The translations under genes were made by a program, and so were the position numbers. The notes under the pieces were generated by a model, which was not told the origin of the DNA, made no database searches, and saw only the letters and a program-made list of their open reading frames with translations. A stretch of 63,867 nt of DNA, filler included, from Vezdaea acicularis (taxonomy: Eukaryota): the NCBI GenBank assembly GCA_026025075.1. It is 4 parts of 4 records of this genome, joined end to end, with 100 filler letters (N's around TTAATTAATTAA, not from the genome) between each part and the next. Parts side by side here need not be neighbours in the genome. Positions count along the whole stretch, not along the records: positions 1 to 17,345 come from JAPEUI010000213.1; 3 more parts are not named here. The stretch is one strand, 5' to 3'. Shown here piece after piece: positions 1 through 13,183 of the stretch (the stretch's first letter is position 1; each line of letters opens with the position of its first letter).

Positions 1-276
1 CGCACGCCCCTCGCCGGCATCGGCTCGCCCGTCCCCTCCCTCGACATCCGCCGCGGCGGCCCCGCAAACGCCATCCCCGGCCTCGACATCGACCCCCCCA
101 GCATGTCCGTCGAGAACGGCAAGCCGCAGTACTCGAAAGACGCCGGCGCCGACGAGAGCGAGGGCGTGGGCGGCTGGATCTCGCGTATGGTCAGGCGCAC
201 CAGAGGGAACGGCAAGAATGGTGAAGGTCAAGGCGGGAATTATCGTCCGTTAGGACAGGGGGAGGAGGGTGAATAG
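1..276 (+). CDS. 3' end of an unidentified protein-coding gene (partial)
   Basis: Frame 1 is open from base 1 to TAG at 274-276 (RTPLAGIGSP...GVGGWISRMVRR...NYRPLGQGEEGE*), with strong G/C third-position bias through most of its length, followed by a more AT-rich UTR-like segment. Family not recognised. Confidence 0.6.
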   Translation, partial: RTPLAGIGSPVPSLDIRRGGPANAIPGLDIDPPSMSVENGKPQYSKDAGADESEGVGGWISRMVRRTRGNGKNGEGQGGNYRPLGQGEEGE

Positions 277-583
277 ATGGGTGGTGTTTCATGGCGAATG
301 ATATGCGAAGATTTCTTCTTGAGCGTGCAATTGCAGAGTTCGTGGGACAGTTCAGAGTTACTCATGACGACGGCTCCCTTCCTTGTTAGGGTGAGGAACC
401 GGTTATAGACAGCATCTTTTGACATTTATACGGCATCTGCACGAGCGAAGCGTGATGAAATGGTATACATCAATACCAGCTTTTCCCCTCCAGTTCTACG
501 TCCCAGTAAAGCCATGGGGTATCACCCAGCCTGTCTTTCTATCCAACATAAAAACACCATGATTGCCCGCGGAAACCCTCCGG

Positions 584-2795
584 CTAGCTAAGTTCCATCA
601 TGCCCTTCTCGCCCTTCTGCTGCTCCGCGAGCTGCTCCAGATCGAAGCGAAGGCCCTTCTCGACCGCGTTCTCCAGATCCTTGCGCTTCAGCTTACAGTC
701 GGCCATGTAGCGACACTTCTTGCGCGGGCCGAAGACGCTGGTGCCGGCGCAGCTGGAGCCGTATAAGTCCATGACGAGCGAGAAGACGACGAGCGAGCAG
801 GTGATGCCGATGAGGCGGAGGGAGTCTAAGCTGTCGGCGGCGCCGAGGGCGATGATGATGATTGAGACGGCGAAACGCACGGTGAGGCGGTGCCGCTTCT
901 TGACGCGCTGGTTGGCGATTTCTTTGTGGATGTGTGTCATGGAGATGACGGCCATGAAGGCGAGGGCGAGGCCCAGACCGGCGCAGTAGAACCAGCGTAG
1001 GCCGTGGCTGATCTCCGCTTCGGATTTGGGGATGTACATGTCGGATAAGCTTTCTGGGTCGGCGTTGTGGCAGTCGTGCGCGATGACTAGCTTGCTGAGT
1101 GCCGCTGCGCTGAGCACGAAGCTCATGATGAAGGGGAGGTGCACACCCACCCAGACGACGGAGCTCCAAACGGCGCGGCGGATGGCATGCTGGAAGAGGT
1201 TCGTGCCGTCGATTTCGAAGTAGATCCAGTTGAAGGCGAAGGCTTGGATCAGGCCTAGGATGGCTTTGCCGAAGAAGGCGTTGAGGCCCAAGGGGGCTTT
1301 GTTCTGGTAGAGCAAGGCGACGACAGCGTAGCCGAAGACGAGCGTCACGAAGGCATTGGTACGCTCGGTTCGGTGTTCAATGTTGACGGCAGGGAAGAAG
1401 TCGAATAATTCGTTGATGCGTTCGTGCCAGCGCTGGTTGACCCGCCTGAAGCCGCGAACAAAGAAGATTATTAGGACGCTGCCGAAGATGTCTGATTTTG
1501 TCAGTTACGAAGTGCACGAGGGAATGCTTGAAGATGTCACACCTATGAAAAGCGCTACCCATATTAGGGCCTCACGCTGCGGCTCTGCAACGTAGATGGT
1601 CCCTATCCAGAGCGCACAGGGCACCAAGACTATGACTGCATTCGCTATCATGAATGCTTTCACCATTGGGACCAAGAAAGAGATCTGTATATAATATATT
1701 ACTGCGAAAAAACGAGCAGCGAGCTGTGAGAGTTAGCAGTGCCCTGAGATGAGAATAGCTTCACTTACGTAGAACGCAATCAACTGTGAATAGGTATGAT
1801 CAAATGCTTCAACAACGTTTGTTGTTAAACCAAACAAGCATGCCATGTCAAAAAGAACGGCGATTCTTTGGAATATATCGTCTTGAGACCACGTTAGCAT
1901 CAAGAAAGCTTTGCTTCAGGACTGGTTACTCACCACTTTCGAACCAGCTTACGACCAACGTCAGATCTGACCATAGTTTCCAACTGAGTATGAATGTAAT
2001 GGAGAATCTGAGCAGTGATAAACCTGTTGGGTTCTCTGAGGCCTTGTCGCCATTTATGGCAATGATACCAACGAACAGTAGGTCTACGAAGAGCTCGAAA
2101 GACATGACTTCTTCTTTCTGCGACGACCGCCATAACAGTCCCTTGTGGAAATACTGGCGGACAACCGGTCTCTTCCATATTGTTACTATATTGGCGTTGT
2201 ACAGTTCCTCGTTCCAATCCTTCTTGCTATGTGGTGTATGGTCTCCGGGGGTTGTATGACCCGAATGTGAGGGCGGCGACTCCGCATTGTCTTTCGTTCC
2301 TACAACACAAAATTAGCCCAGTCTAGGTGGTCCATAGTGCGGCTATAGCTACTTACGAAGATGGGCACTGTAGCCATATTTAGAGAAGTTGGCATCCAGA
2401 TTCACATCGTGGTCTGTCAGGTTGTGTAGCTCGACTGACAACGCTTCTAAATCTCTCTGTACATTATCAATCTCATCATAAATCGATCCATGTTGCTGGC
2501 GAAGATCCTCTTGTCTCTGTCGACGATGGCTCTGAACCTGTCGAAGCACATCAAGGTGCTCAGGGCTGCCATGCAGCAATAGGTCGAACTCCTCTTGGGG
2601 TTTGATGCTGGAGAGCCTCCGTCGCAAGTGCTCGGCTTCTTCGGGTGACTGTGCGATGTGGACTTTGCGGCCGTTGGGCAGGAGGTAATGCTTGACTTTC
2701 CTCACGGGGTGGTGGCCTGCTATGCCGTGCCCGTGCCCAAACCCATGGTGCTCTCCGCCTCCGTGTATTTGCCCCTCTATGGGCGTCGTAGACAT
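584..2795 (-). CDS. LtrA (low temperature requirement A)-family multi-pass membrane protein, about 4 exons
   Basis: The spliced product includes FELFVDLLFVGIIAIN and FFPAVNIEHRTERTNAFVTLVFGY, typical of fungal LtrA-like proteins, plus many hydrophobic helices. GT-AG introns at about 2356-2300, 1768-1724 and 1542-1492. Confidence 0.8.
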
Positions 2796-3313
2796 GGTAA
2801 GCTCGGCATTCGCGGAATGGAGCTTGCCGCGTCTACCAGCACCAACGAATCGTCAGTTCGCGTATCTAAGCTTATGTTCAGAGTGAAAGATCAAAGACTC
2901 GGGCGCTCAAGGACTCATATATGGAGGGGACGAGGATATTCGGATCCTTCTCGTGTGTAGGACTAGCATAGTATTGGTAAAAGCCAAGAGCTTGGATGAA
3001 GCTTTGTCAGGAAAAGGCCGGAGACTTATGGCCCAATGCATCACATCCGGCGTGTCGCGCCCCTCTGCGCCAAGCTGCTTGGCCAGACGCGCGGGCCTCG
3101 ATCTCACCGCACAAAACAGATGAGATCGAAGAGCCCCTAATGCGGCTTCTGCTTGGCGTCAAAGTTTCCCGTCAGCGATTTGATGCACTTTAGTGGCCTT
3201 GGATGATTCGTTCGTTTCGGAGGTGCTCGGCGACGCTAGAAAGTCAAAATAATTTTAGCGATGTCGTGCGAAAGTGGGATCTTGTAGCTGCGAACACGAT
3301 ATACTCCGAAATA

Positions 3314-4399
3314 ATGGCAGCGGTCTACAACTCTCTTTCAAATGGCAAAGACATCGAGGATAGTGACGATGAGGAAACAGTCCAGTCGACGGCGAAGAAC
3401 AAGCAGCGAGTCCTAATACTCAGCTCTAGAGGCGTGACATACAGGTGCGCTCGAATGACGATGGATTTCATGACCCACATGCTGATGCGGAATTTGCGCC
3501 CATAGACATCGCCATCTTCTCAACGACCTTTACTCGCTGCTACCACATTCTCGCAAGGATGCAAAACTAGACACAAAAACGAAGTTGTACCAGCTGAACG
3601 AGTTGGCGGAGTTATACAACTGTAATAATGTCTTTTTCTTTGAAGCTCGGAAGGGCAAGGATTTATATCTGTGGATGAGCAAGGCACCCAATGGGCCGAC
3701 AGTCAAGATGCATTTGCAGAACCGTACGCCCTCTTAAGCACTCAAACTCTTCTACCTGCTCTGAGGTCTGGACATGACCTGAAGCTGACTGCTAGTCTAG
3801 TACATACTATGGAGGAATTACACTTCACAGGCAATTGCTTGAAAGGCTCTCGGCCGATACTGTCATTCGATGCTACATTCGACTCTCAGCCTCATCTTCG
3901 TGTCATAAAGGAGCTCTTGACTCATATCTTCGGCGTACCTAAAGGCGCTCGCAAGACCAAACCCTTCGTAGATCACGTCATGGGTTTTACGATAGCCGAT
4001 GGGAAGATCTGGATCCGGTGTTACGAGATAAGCGAGACCGAACCAGGAAAAGGGAAGGGCGAGGCTGATGCGGAGGTCGCCGCAATCTCTAAAAAGTCGA
4101 AAGCCAAAGCCACCAAGGAAACAAAGATATCACTGGTGGAGATCGGCCCGCGCTTCGTGCTAACACCAATCGTGATCTTGGAGTCGAGTTTCGGGGGACC
4201 GGTCATCTATGAGAATAAAGAGTTTGTGTCGCCGAATCAGATACGTGCCGATATGCGGTTGAAGCGTGCTGGGAAGTACAATCGGAGGAGCGAGCAGGGT
4301 ATTGAAAGGAAGGCGAAGAAAGGAGACCTAGGTTTGAAGAGCGAGGGCGGCGTTGTGAAACCAAAGGATCCTCTAGACAACCGGGTACTGTTCTCGTGA
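3314..4399 (+). CDS. BRX1: Ribosome biogenesis protein Brx1 (Brix domain), 3 exons
   Basis: NKQRVLILSSRGVTYRHRHLLNDL, HTMEELHFTGNCLKGSRPILSFD and EIGPRFVLTP. Introns at about 3445-3505 and 3724-3800. Confidence 0.95.
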
Positions 4400-5104
4400 A
4401 GTGCAGATCCATTGGATGGATAGGTATCTCAGGGAGTTAGTAGACTTGAGAAGTTTACGCCAAAATTGTCCCCTGGTCCGTGGCCGGCATCTCCTTTTCC
4501 CGGTCTTGCATTATCGAGCTTAGCGTGGCATTGTGCTTTGCAAGGACTTTCTGCTGCATTTTTCGAAGAGTGGATTCAGTGCTCACTTTTTAAGAGCGCC
4601 GAGTAGCCTCTATACTCAAAGAGTTCGTCCTCTCAATGTGTAGCCTTGAGGTCTGGGGCTACGCTTTGAAAATGCTTGACTGTCAGCAAACCACAGCCGA
4701 GCTCCTTTAGACATGCTAGTGGTAGGCAGGGTCGAGAGGCTATCGTGCACAGAATCGTCTCATGAGGTGAGTCCGTATGCTCGTAAACCCTGACCCGTGG
4801 TGAGGCCAGCGAAATTAGAGTTCAGGACGAGCTCCGGGGGGTAGAACGAAGTAGATTGTCAATAGTCTACTATAGTAAAGTATGAGTATATGCAAGGAAC
4901 TGAACCCCATTCGAACGATTGTAACCTCTGCTTCTCCCCCTCACTGGGAATTATCCGTAATGTAGAGCTAGTCGGCCAGTTCCAAGATTATGTCACAATC
5001 CTCATATCGCTTAGTCATCTTAAAACTCGAACATCTACATCTCCCGAACTCCATCGATCCCTCCCCACCAGCAACCCACACCAACCACTCCCATCACCTC
5101 CACC

Positions 5105-6009
5105 ATGCTCCCCTCAACTCTCCTAACCCTCCTCACCCTCCCCCTCCTCTCCCTCGCCACAACCCTAACCCTCCTCCTTCCCCCCACGACCCTCCTCCCC
5201 AACCCATCCACCCTCCCCCCCTCAACCTTCGCCCTCCTCCAAACCAGCGGCCAAGCAATCCACGCCCCCCTCTCACGCGCCAACACCTTCCTCTTCCGCA
5301 ACTTAACAGCGGGCTCCTACCTCCTCGACATCATCTGCAAAGACTACACCTTCCAGCCCTACCGCGTCGACATCACCCTCTCTACCTCCGCCTCCACCTC
5401 TGCATCCGATACAATCGAAGTATACCAACTCATCCACGCGCAAGGCTGGGACGCCAAAGGTCCCAAACTGCCCCCCCTCTCGGGCTTCTCCGCCGGAAAC
5501 TCAGTCTTCGAGGTGCAGCCCCTAGCGACGAAGGATTACTATGAGGCGCGCCCGGGCTTCTCGCCCCTCGATCTGCTGAAGAATCCCATGATGCTCATGG
5601 CGGGCGCGAGCTTGTTGATCGTTTTTGGGATGCCGTATCTGATGGAGAATAGTACGTTCCCCTCTTCCATCTCCCCTGTTCGCCTTTTTCCGTATTCCCT
5701 GTCATTCCCTCCATCTTTTCCTAGCCTCCCCCCCCCCCCTTTTCGACGAACCCGGATACTAACGCCCAAACCTCCGTAGTGGGCGAGGAGATGAAAGAAG
5801 AGCTCGCAGCCCAACAGAAGAAATCCCCCCTCGCCGCCGCCCGCGGGAACCAGAATCCCCTTCAAGGCTTCGATATGGCGGCCTGGATGGCCGGCTCCAC
5901 GACCAAGAGCGCGAGCGCAAGCGGAAGCGGGAGTGGGAGCGGGAGTGCTGCGAATGACGCGGCATCGGGGTCTGGGCGTGAGAAGGGCGAGGGCCGGAAA
6001 CGTCGGTGA
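5105..6009 (+). CDS. EMC7: ER membrane protein complex subunit 7 (EMC7/DUF2012-like), 2 exons
   Basis: Signal peptide, LPNPSTLPPST, GSYLLDI, YYEARPGFSPLDLLKNPMMLM plus a TM helix, and a C-terminal QGFDMAAWMAG. Intron 5652-5779 (GTACGT...TAG). Confidence 0.85.
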
Positions 6010-6290
6010 GGGGAGTGTCCTCTGCTACTGGGGGTTCATGGGGGGAGAAGGGTGGGTTACTGCGCGCTGTGGGAGTCAAAGAGGCATGCGAGATGATGGG
6101 TTGGGAGGAGGTAGTAACACAATTTCTGTTCGAAGCAATTCTCCAGATCTACCGTCGTTCAGGCTCGAGCAGATTCATCCCGCTCCCCCACTTATTCCGT
6201 CCGCTCTATTCCCCCAGGTAGCACCAAATCCATCCCATCCCTCTCCCAGAATCCCTACAAAAAAAAGCGCCTCTTTCACACATACCCCGT

Positions 6291-7220
6291 CTAAAAATCC
6301 CCACCCCCCCCAAAATCCCCGCCGCCATAATCATCCCCTCCACCGCCACCATATCCGCCATCACTACCATACCCGCCATCATTCCCATACCCGTTATTAT
6401 CATCATGATCCAACCCCTCAGCCAACAACCCGCCCGCGAGCAACCCGCCCCCAACTCCAAGCGCACCCGCGCCTAGCATGCCCATCCCCCCACTCTTTCG
6501 TGGTGGTGCTTGTTGGCCGTATCCTGGGCCGTACCCGGGCTGTTGGGGGCCGTAGCCTTGTTGTTGCTGGCCGTATCCGCCGCCGTAGCCGTAGCCTTGC
6601 TGCTGTGGGTGTCCGTACGCTGCCGCACCACTGGCACCAGCACCAGCGCCGCTCATCCGCCCGGTGGCTTTGCCGAGTAATTTCCCGAGCAGACCGCCGG
6701 ATTTGCTACTTTTGCCCGTACCGCTGCTGCCTTGCTCGGGCTCTAGACCGGGGGCGCTGCCGTAAGGAGGTTGTAGGTTACTATTGGAGGGGCCGCTGTT
6801 GTTGTAGTAGTCTGAAGAGGCGCCGCGGGCGTCGGGCGTGTTGCCACCGGGCTTGGATGCGGCGGTGGTGGGGTTGGCGCGGGCGTCTTCTTCGGCTTGG
6901 AGTTTGCGGGCGAAGGCTTCGTCTGCGTCGAGGTCGTGGGGTTGGGGAGTATCCTTGGTGAAGGGATTGTTTTTGTTTGTGGGGTCTTTTTCGGTTGTAG
7001 TGGGGGGGCCGGAGCCGGTGTAGGAGGGGGGAGGGCCTGAGGGGGGGAGGTGCTCGGACGACGAGGGCGGGAGGGCCGGGCTGCTGGGTTTGTCCCAGGT
7101 GGATACTTTGGTGTAGGTGTTTACGTAGAACCACTCCTTGTATTCGGTGTTGTAGATTGCTTTCCAGCCCTCTGGGACTTTGGGGGGTGGGGGCCCCGTG
7201 GGGGGGAGGAAGTCTGACAT
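6291..7220 (-). CDS. WW-domain protein with Pro/Gly/Gln/Tyr-rich low-complexity body (Wwm1-like)
   Basis: MSDFLPPTGPPPPKVPEGWKAIYNTEYKEWFYVNTYTKVSTWDKP is a WW domain. It ends in GALGVGGGLLAGGLLAEG...GGDFGGGGDF. Intronless. The ORF track's longer start at 7436 lies in UTR-like sequence. Confidence 0.85.
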   Translation of the reverse strand: MSDFLPPTGPPPPKVPEGWKAIYNTEYKEWFYVNTYTKVSTWDKPSSPALPPSSSEHLPPSGPPPSYTGSGPPTTTEKDPTNKNNPFTKDTPQPHDLDADEAFARKLQAEEDARANPTTAASKPGGNTPDARGASSDYYNNSGPSNSNLQPPYGSAPGLEPEQGSSGTGKSSKSGGLLGKLLGKATGRMSGAGAGASGAAAYGHPQQQGYGYGGGYGQQQQGYGPQQPGYGPGYGQQAPPRKSGGMGMLGAGALGVGGGLLAGGLLAEGLDHDDNNGYGNDGGYGSDGGYGGGGGDDYGGGDFGGGGDF

Positions 7221-8329
7221 GGTTGGGTGGATGGTCGAAGGCGGGAAGAGAGAGGGTGTGGAGGGGTAGGAAGAGGGACAAAAAGATTGGTTTGAGTATG
7301 AGGATGCTCTAGATGGTCTGAGTTCCTTTAAGTTGATGGGAAGAGAGATGATCGAGTGAGGTTGGAAGAAAAGGAAGTGAATAACGAAAGGCAGATATAT
7401 AGTGGGGGCAGACGGGAAGACCAGGCCTCGCGTCATGCACTGTGGCTGACGTCTTGCTTTCGGCTGCAGGCCGGTTAGTTAGTCTCCCGACTCTCGACGA
7501 ACTGCACGCAACACTCTCCCAGCATGGCATAGCAAGCATTCGCGCTTACTGGCTGCTCATTACTCCTTCGACAGCTGTGGCTTGACTCCATGCCCGTGGC
7601 TGAGCGCGTTGCGCTCGGAGACGGCCATTTCCCGGTCCGTCCGAAGAGAACTCAAAATCACCCTCGTGTTTCGCGTCCGAAGCAAAAACGTGGAGCAGTC
7701 CACTCGGGAGGCGACGGGTCCGACGTCATGCACGCGAATCGGAAAAGCTTAGCGGGTGTAGCGTATGCAAATCAACCGGCTCCGCCTCCGCCATGATCTT
7801 CGGCATCCGGGCGCCACCATCAGAAAAGAGACCACATTCAGCACTCGAGAAACCTCAAGAAGATGCAATTTTCAGCTACGGCCATCAACCAACTGAACCA
7901 GCTACGACAGTGAAAATTGGAGAAAAAGAAAAACGTTCTCTCGATTTTCAATGGTGTGCCTTAAATTACAAATGAGACATAAGACCGTCAGGCCGTCTGC
8001 AAAAGGAGTCCGCGCAAAATGAAGGGAACCAGAATAGATAGGCCCTAACCGAACCAAACACACACACACACACAGATGTGGTGATGCCTAACCACCCAGC
8101 TTTTTCGTAGCACAAGAAATGTGAGTGAGTGCAGGGCGCAGTACAGTCCTCGCAATGAGGAGAAGCGATGCGCATGATGTGGGGATATAATAGATCACGT
8201 CCATGAGAGAGATATGCCAAACTATGGGGGAAATGGACGGTTGCAGGGGAACAAATGAACGATTGCATCACCGCGATTTGAGGTTTTCGCAGAAATGAGA
8301 TGCCCAAGCTAATTACCAAAATACTTCTG

Positions 8330-11300
8330 TTACCGTCCGGTGCCGCTGTTGGAGACAAGGTGCTCGATTGCCTGTTGCCCAAAGATCGTTAGCTCGAGTA
8401 CTAACCCGCCAAAGCTTCCCATCCTGGTCGACTCACTTTGTCCATGTTGTAGTCATACTTTTCGAGTGCGTTTAGTGCCTCATCTCTGGGGTAACCCATT
8501 CCAGTTAACCTCTTTAAAAAGGGATCATCATGTTCCGTACCGGTGCTGATCGCCCGACCCAGCTGCGGCTTGGCCGTAGACGTCGACGACGAACTTCCGT
8601 CCGCCCCTCGAATACCGCCCGGGCCTGAAACCCCCGGCCCTGCCTTTTCAAGAATTCCCGGCTGGCTGGCGCCACCCGGGACGCCTCCGGGGATGCTCCC
8701 CTGAGGCGTGTCCAGTCCAGAGAAGATCATGTCCCAGTCGTGACCGGCGGTAGCTGAGGACGGTGCAGCAGCCTTTGATTGGCTTGTGGCTTGCGTTGGG
8801 CCACCGATGTTGTGCTCAAAGTCATTGAAGGAATTCTCCGGATGGGTGGGTCCGCCAGTGCTTGTCGATTGCGAAGCCATCGTGCTAGATTTAGATACCA
8901 TGGGCGAATCGAAGACTGGGTTAAATTCGTCAATACCTTCGTGGTGGTGAGATGAAATCCCAAAGTCTTCGTCGCCCTTGTCGTCGGCCTCCTTGGCTTC
9001 GCTCATATCGGCAAACTCCTTATCGAAATCATCGTCAAATGACTCGGCTTTCTTACCAGGCGCGCCCTGCGTGGCGGAAGGCGACGATCCTTTCCCTAGG
9101 CTGGCATGCGAGGCAGCTGACTGGAATGCATCTGAAGGCGCCGTAGACAGAGGTGTGTTTGACATGGGGGGCGAGTTGGAGAAGGCCGTTGGAGCTGTGG
9201 ATGTCCCTGCCTTGGACGATGTGGATCCGCCAAAGAGGTTCTGGCCACTATTCAGCGGAACATTAAAGGGCTTCTCAGGCGAGCCTTGTGTGGCAGTCGG
9301 GTCTTGCCTCGACGGCAGAAGGCCCTTGAATTCTTGCGGGAATTGGTTAGAATCACGGGGAGATCCGGGCTTGCCAGTAGGTCCTATGGTCTGGTCATAT
9401 GACGGAGGAGACATCTGCGCACCTGGCGTGGGAAGTTGGCCGCTGGCGCTGGAAGTCATCGTGCTCATCCCTGGTCGCGATCCAAACATATCAGAGGTAC
9501 TTTTCGAGACGCCGGTCCCTGGCCGGGAGTCAGTCGTGCTCTTAGGATGACTGTGCCCTAAGCTACCATGTTTCTGATGAGGGGAATTAGGAGTGAAATT
9601 ATCATCAAAGCCAGGCTCACTGTTACTATCGCTTTCCGGGTCGTTCCTCTCGAACTCTTCAATGGGCGGGAACTCTTGGTGGAACCTACTTCCTCCCTGG
9701 GGGCCAGTAACAGATCCATCGTTGGATGATCCCCCGGTGCTTCCTCGATCGAGCGAACCTTTAGAGCTGCCGAATCCGGCAAAGGCGGCGTCGAAGTCTT
9801 CTTTGGAGGCACTAGGACCCCGAGGCTGGTCCCTGCCTGATGTAAAGGGGTCTGGACGACTACTTGAGAGAGCATCGGGTCGGCTGCTTTGAAACGCTTC
9901 GGAAGGCCTGCTGCTGGCCTTACTACGATCACTGAGGGTGCTTTCACCTGTCGGGGTGGGCTGGATAGGGGAGTTAGGTTCGACCGGAAATGCACCAGGG
10001 ATTGATTCCTGCCGGAGTGAGCTACCTCCATAGCTTTGATACGAGTCTCGCGACTCGAGAGGTTTCCCAAACCCTCGCTGAGACTCATTCGCTGGAGGAG
10101 ACCGATCGGTCTCTCTAGGGTTCTCCAAAGAAAACGGGCTGGCACCGCTACCAAGTTCCGTCTTGTTTGTGTCTGACCTCTCCAGACCTTTTGGGATATC
10201 CCGCTCGTGATTAGGGGTTTCTGTTGCAGAGCTAGCCCAGTTTGTTGGAGTGTCAGAACGGCCATGATCCTTGTTGTCACCATACCGACTAGCAGGAGCG
10301 GCAACCTTTACGGATGAGCTGAAGGAGTCGTTTCGCTGGGCATCACTCCGAAAAGGAAGAAAGCTAGAGGTAATCTGTCGCGATTCGGGAGGGGCTGGAG
10401 GCTCCGCTGATCTTGGTGATTCATGATATGATGAAGACGGAGGGGAGCTTGCAGGAGTCATTTGATCAGGTCCGTCGGAAGAGCGGACCGAAGGCCCGGA
10501 TGGGGCTGAAATTCCGGGAAGGCTTCCGCCCTGAGCATCGGATCGAAAAGAGGTCGTTGGGGGGCCTGTGGTCTGAGCGGACGGATAAGAACCAAACATA
10601 TTCTCAAAATTGGTAGGCCCTTGACCTGGAGCTGAGGATCCTCCAGGAGTGAAGGGAGTAGGCGACATTGTATTCCCAGCTACGCCCGATGGCGACTGGC
10701 CTCGAAAGAACGGATTGGTGTTTTGATTAGCAGCTGACGTGGATGGGCTGATCATCGATCCGGGACTCGGCACCTGAGAACCCATCGGTAAATCTCTTGA
10801 ATTCTCTGTAGCCCCTCGAGACAGATCGTCGATTTCATCCCTTATCTTGTCCCTTTCTCCTTCGGTTGTGACCACCTGCTTCTTGTTTATTGCTACCAGA
10901 CCTTTCTGCTTTCGCGAGTCCGACCTCAATTTCTCTAATTGCGGCTTCATTGAGGCGATCTCGGCATTTATAGACTTCATTCTGTCCTTCAAGTTCATGT
11001 TCTCACGCTGATCGCTCTCCAAGGCGCCAACGATCTGACGGTGTTGATCTTGAAGCTCTCTATAGTTGGCTTCGAGGACTGAGCAGTCTTGCTGCAGCTT
11101 CCGAGTCTCAGAGCGTGAGTCCGACAGGCGGCTTTCGAGCGCCTTGACGTCCTTCACCTCTTGCTCATAATGTGATCGAAGCTGTGAAAGCCGCACCTCA
11201 AACTCTCGCTTCTGAGAGTTGACGTGGGAGAGGTCTTGCTCGGTTGAGGCTCTCTTTGTCCTCGTCTCTTGCATTTGTTTATTGAGTGTGCCGATTTGAT

Positions 11301-13183
11301 TGGAAAGGTTGGCCAAATCGGTGGTCTCACTCGTGAGTCTCTGACTAACTTCTGGATCGTTGTCACCGAGCAAGTCTTCCATGTTTGAGGAGGCTTGGGT
11401 CATTCCACGACTTGTAGAGGGACCGGAGCTACCCGAACCCCCTGTACCCGTGGCTGACATCATGTTCTGCCCGAAGGAAGAGGAGGGCATGAATGGCTTA
11501 AACGCAGTGGTCGGAGATGACGTTGCCACTTTTGAGGCAGGGGGGACACCACCAGATTTGTTCGTATTGAAGGGATCCGAATCATACCCCTTCCCGAAGC
11601 CGCTGGTCGAACTCGAGGTCTGGGTGGTCGTTGGCGGCGAATATGCGTCCAGACCGAACAAGTCCTCTGAAGCGGACCTGGTGGTATTGGTGGCGTAAGC
11701 AGCGTTATCGAAAGTCGGTGCGGTGGGTTGCGCGGGAGGTCTGGGTTGTTGGCGCATGCTCGGAGGTACGAGATTTGGCGGTAGTGTTGAAGGTAAGGCG
11801 CCTCTCTCATCCCTTTGGCTTCTTTGCTGTCGAATCAGATGCATTGCAACTGCAAATTCATCGCGATTCAAGTGCCCCTCGGAATTTATATCTGCGAGGT
11901 CCCAAATCTGCGCCAGAATATCTTCCGGTAGCCGCGAGTTTCCAAAAAATCTCACGGCTTCGTCACCGGTGATGTATCCCCGACCCAACTTATCCACACT
12001 GGCAAAGATACTGTCAAACTGCGCCTTATCAGTAGCGCTGACAGCCCAGTCGGTTCCAGTCGTTTGTGCGGTTTGGGGTGGCGTTCCATAAGGACGTGAT
12101 GCAATGGGGCTTGATGTTCGTTGTCCAGAGCCGCTAAATTGTTTCGGTATACCGGGGACGGGAGGTATACCTCCTGTTGTCGGTTGGGGCAACCCAGCTC
12201 TTGAGGTCGATTGACGTCGACTCGCAGCTTCGTATAGGCCCGGAGGCAAGATGGTTGGAAGCGCCCGTAGCGCACCATTCCTGTATGAAGATAGGAGATG
12301 CATGGCGATGATGAATTCCGTACTCCCGAGAGAGCCGCGTTGCTCGGTATCGACAAGGTTCCACGCTCGGCCTAGGATTTCGTTCGGTAGCTTCGTCCTC
12401 TCGAATATGTCTTTTGCTTGCTCGCCTAGAAACGTGTTAGAGGCGCCTGCTTTACGAAATACCCACCACCCATTGGGGACCAACCTGAGAGCATGCCATT
12501 GACCGATCCGGAACGTTCGAATAGCGAGTAGTATTCATTGACCTTCTCGGGTATTAGGGGGGGGACTCGGATGGGTCCCCCACTCGACTGAGCCGGTATG
12601 GTCGCTGGGGGGGGTGGTGCTTGAGAGCCCAGAGGCGCTGTGAGACCTTCGAATTTGGGAAGTGGCCCAGCTGCACATTCGGGCGCCTGATTAGTATACT
12701 TCGTCCCGTTCATGATCGATCGCGAAGGGCTCTTACGTTGATAGGCAAGTTCCTGTGTCGGTTCCCTGCCACTCTGGTAATGCCCGATCAGCCTCAAGAC
12801 GATGCCGAAGCCCGCGGGCGTGAGGAAGCCACGGTTCTCGGTATCTGCAATCTGCCATATCTATCACACAACGGCGGTCAGTGGTCGCACGGAGCAGCGT
12901 GGAGAAGGCAGCAGCTCACTTCGCCGAGGATGCGCGGCTCCAACCTCGTCTTCTCGAAGAACTTGACGGCAACCTCGCCGGTGACGACACCAACATTCTC
13001 GGTGTCGGCCGCTTGGAAGAGCTGTCGGAAGACGCGATTCTCCTCTGAAGTCAAGCCGAGCTTTGGGTGAGCTAGGGAGTCGCGGGTCGCGGTCAGCATT
13101 TTCGCAGAGCTTGCTCACAATGTGAGGAGGTGGAGAAATTAAAGAGTGGACGCACTGTGGTCGGCGGCTGCCGAGTCGGCCAT
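8330..13183 (-). CDS. EDE1: EH-domain/UBA endocytic scaffold Ede1 (Eps15-like), about 5 exons
   Basis: Three EH domains (e.g. LAQIWDLADINSEGHLNRDEFAVAMHLI), a coiled coil, NPF/DPF motifs and a C-terminal UBA (LTGMGYPRDEALNALEKYDYNMDK|AIEHL). Introns at about 13155-13072, 12919-12861, 12484-12426 and 8436-8372. Confidence 0.92.

Noticed and set aside
584..2795. LtrA-like gene as a recent bacterial transfer
   Set aside because: It carries three spliceosomal introns, and the family is widespread in filamentous fungi.
4640..4870. A few hairpins between BRX1 and EMC7 as a snoRNA
   Set aside because: Stems are short and scattered, and I found no convincing C/D or H/ACA box arrangement.
5160..5173. 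Telomere-like AACCCTAACCCT as a telomere seed or telomerase template
   Set aside because: Only about two units, and inside the C-rich EMC7 coding sequence.
5933..6961. 342-aa plus-strand ORF antisense to the WW gene, and similar antisense ORFs over EDE1, RTA1 and the kinases
   Set aside because: Shadow ORFs produced by the codon bias of the real gene on the other strand.
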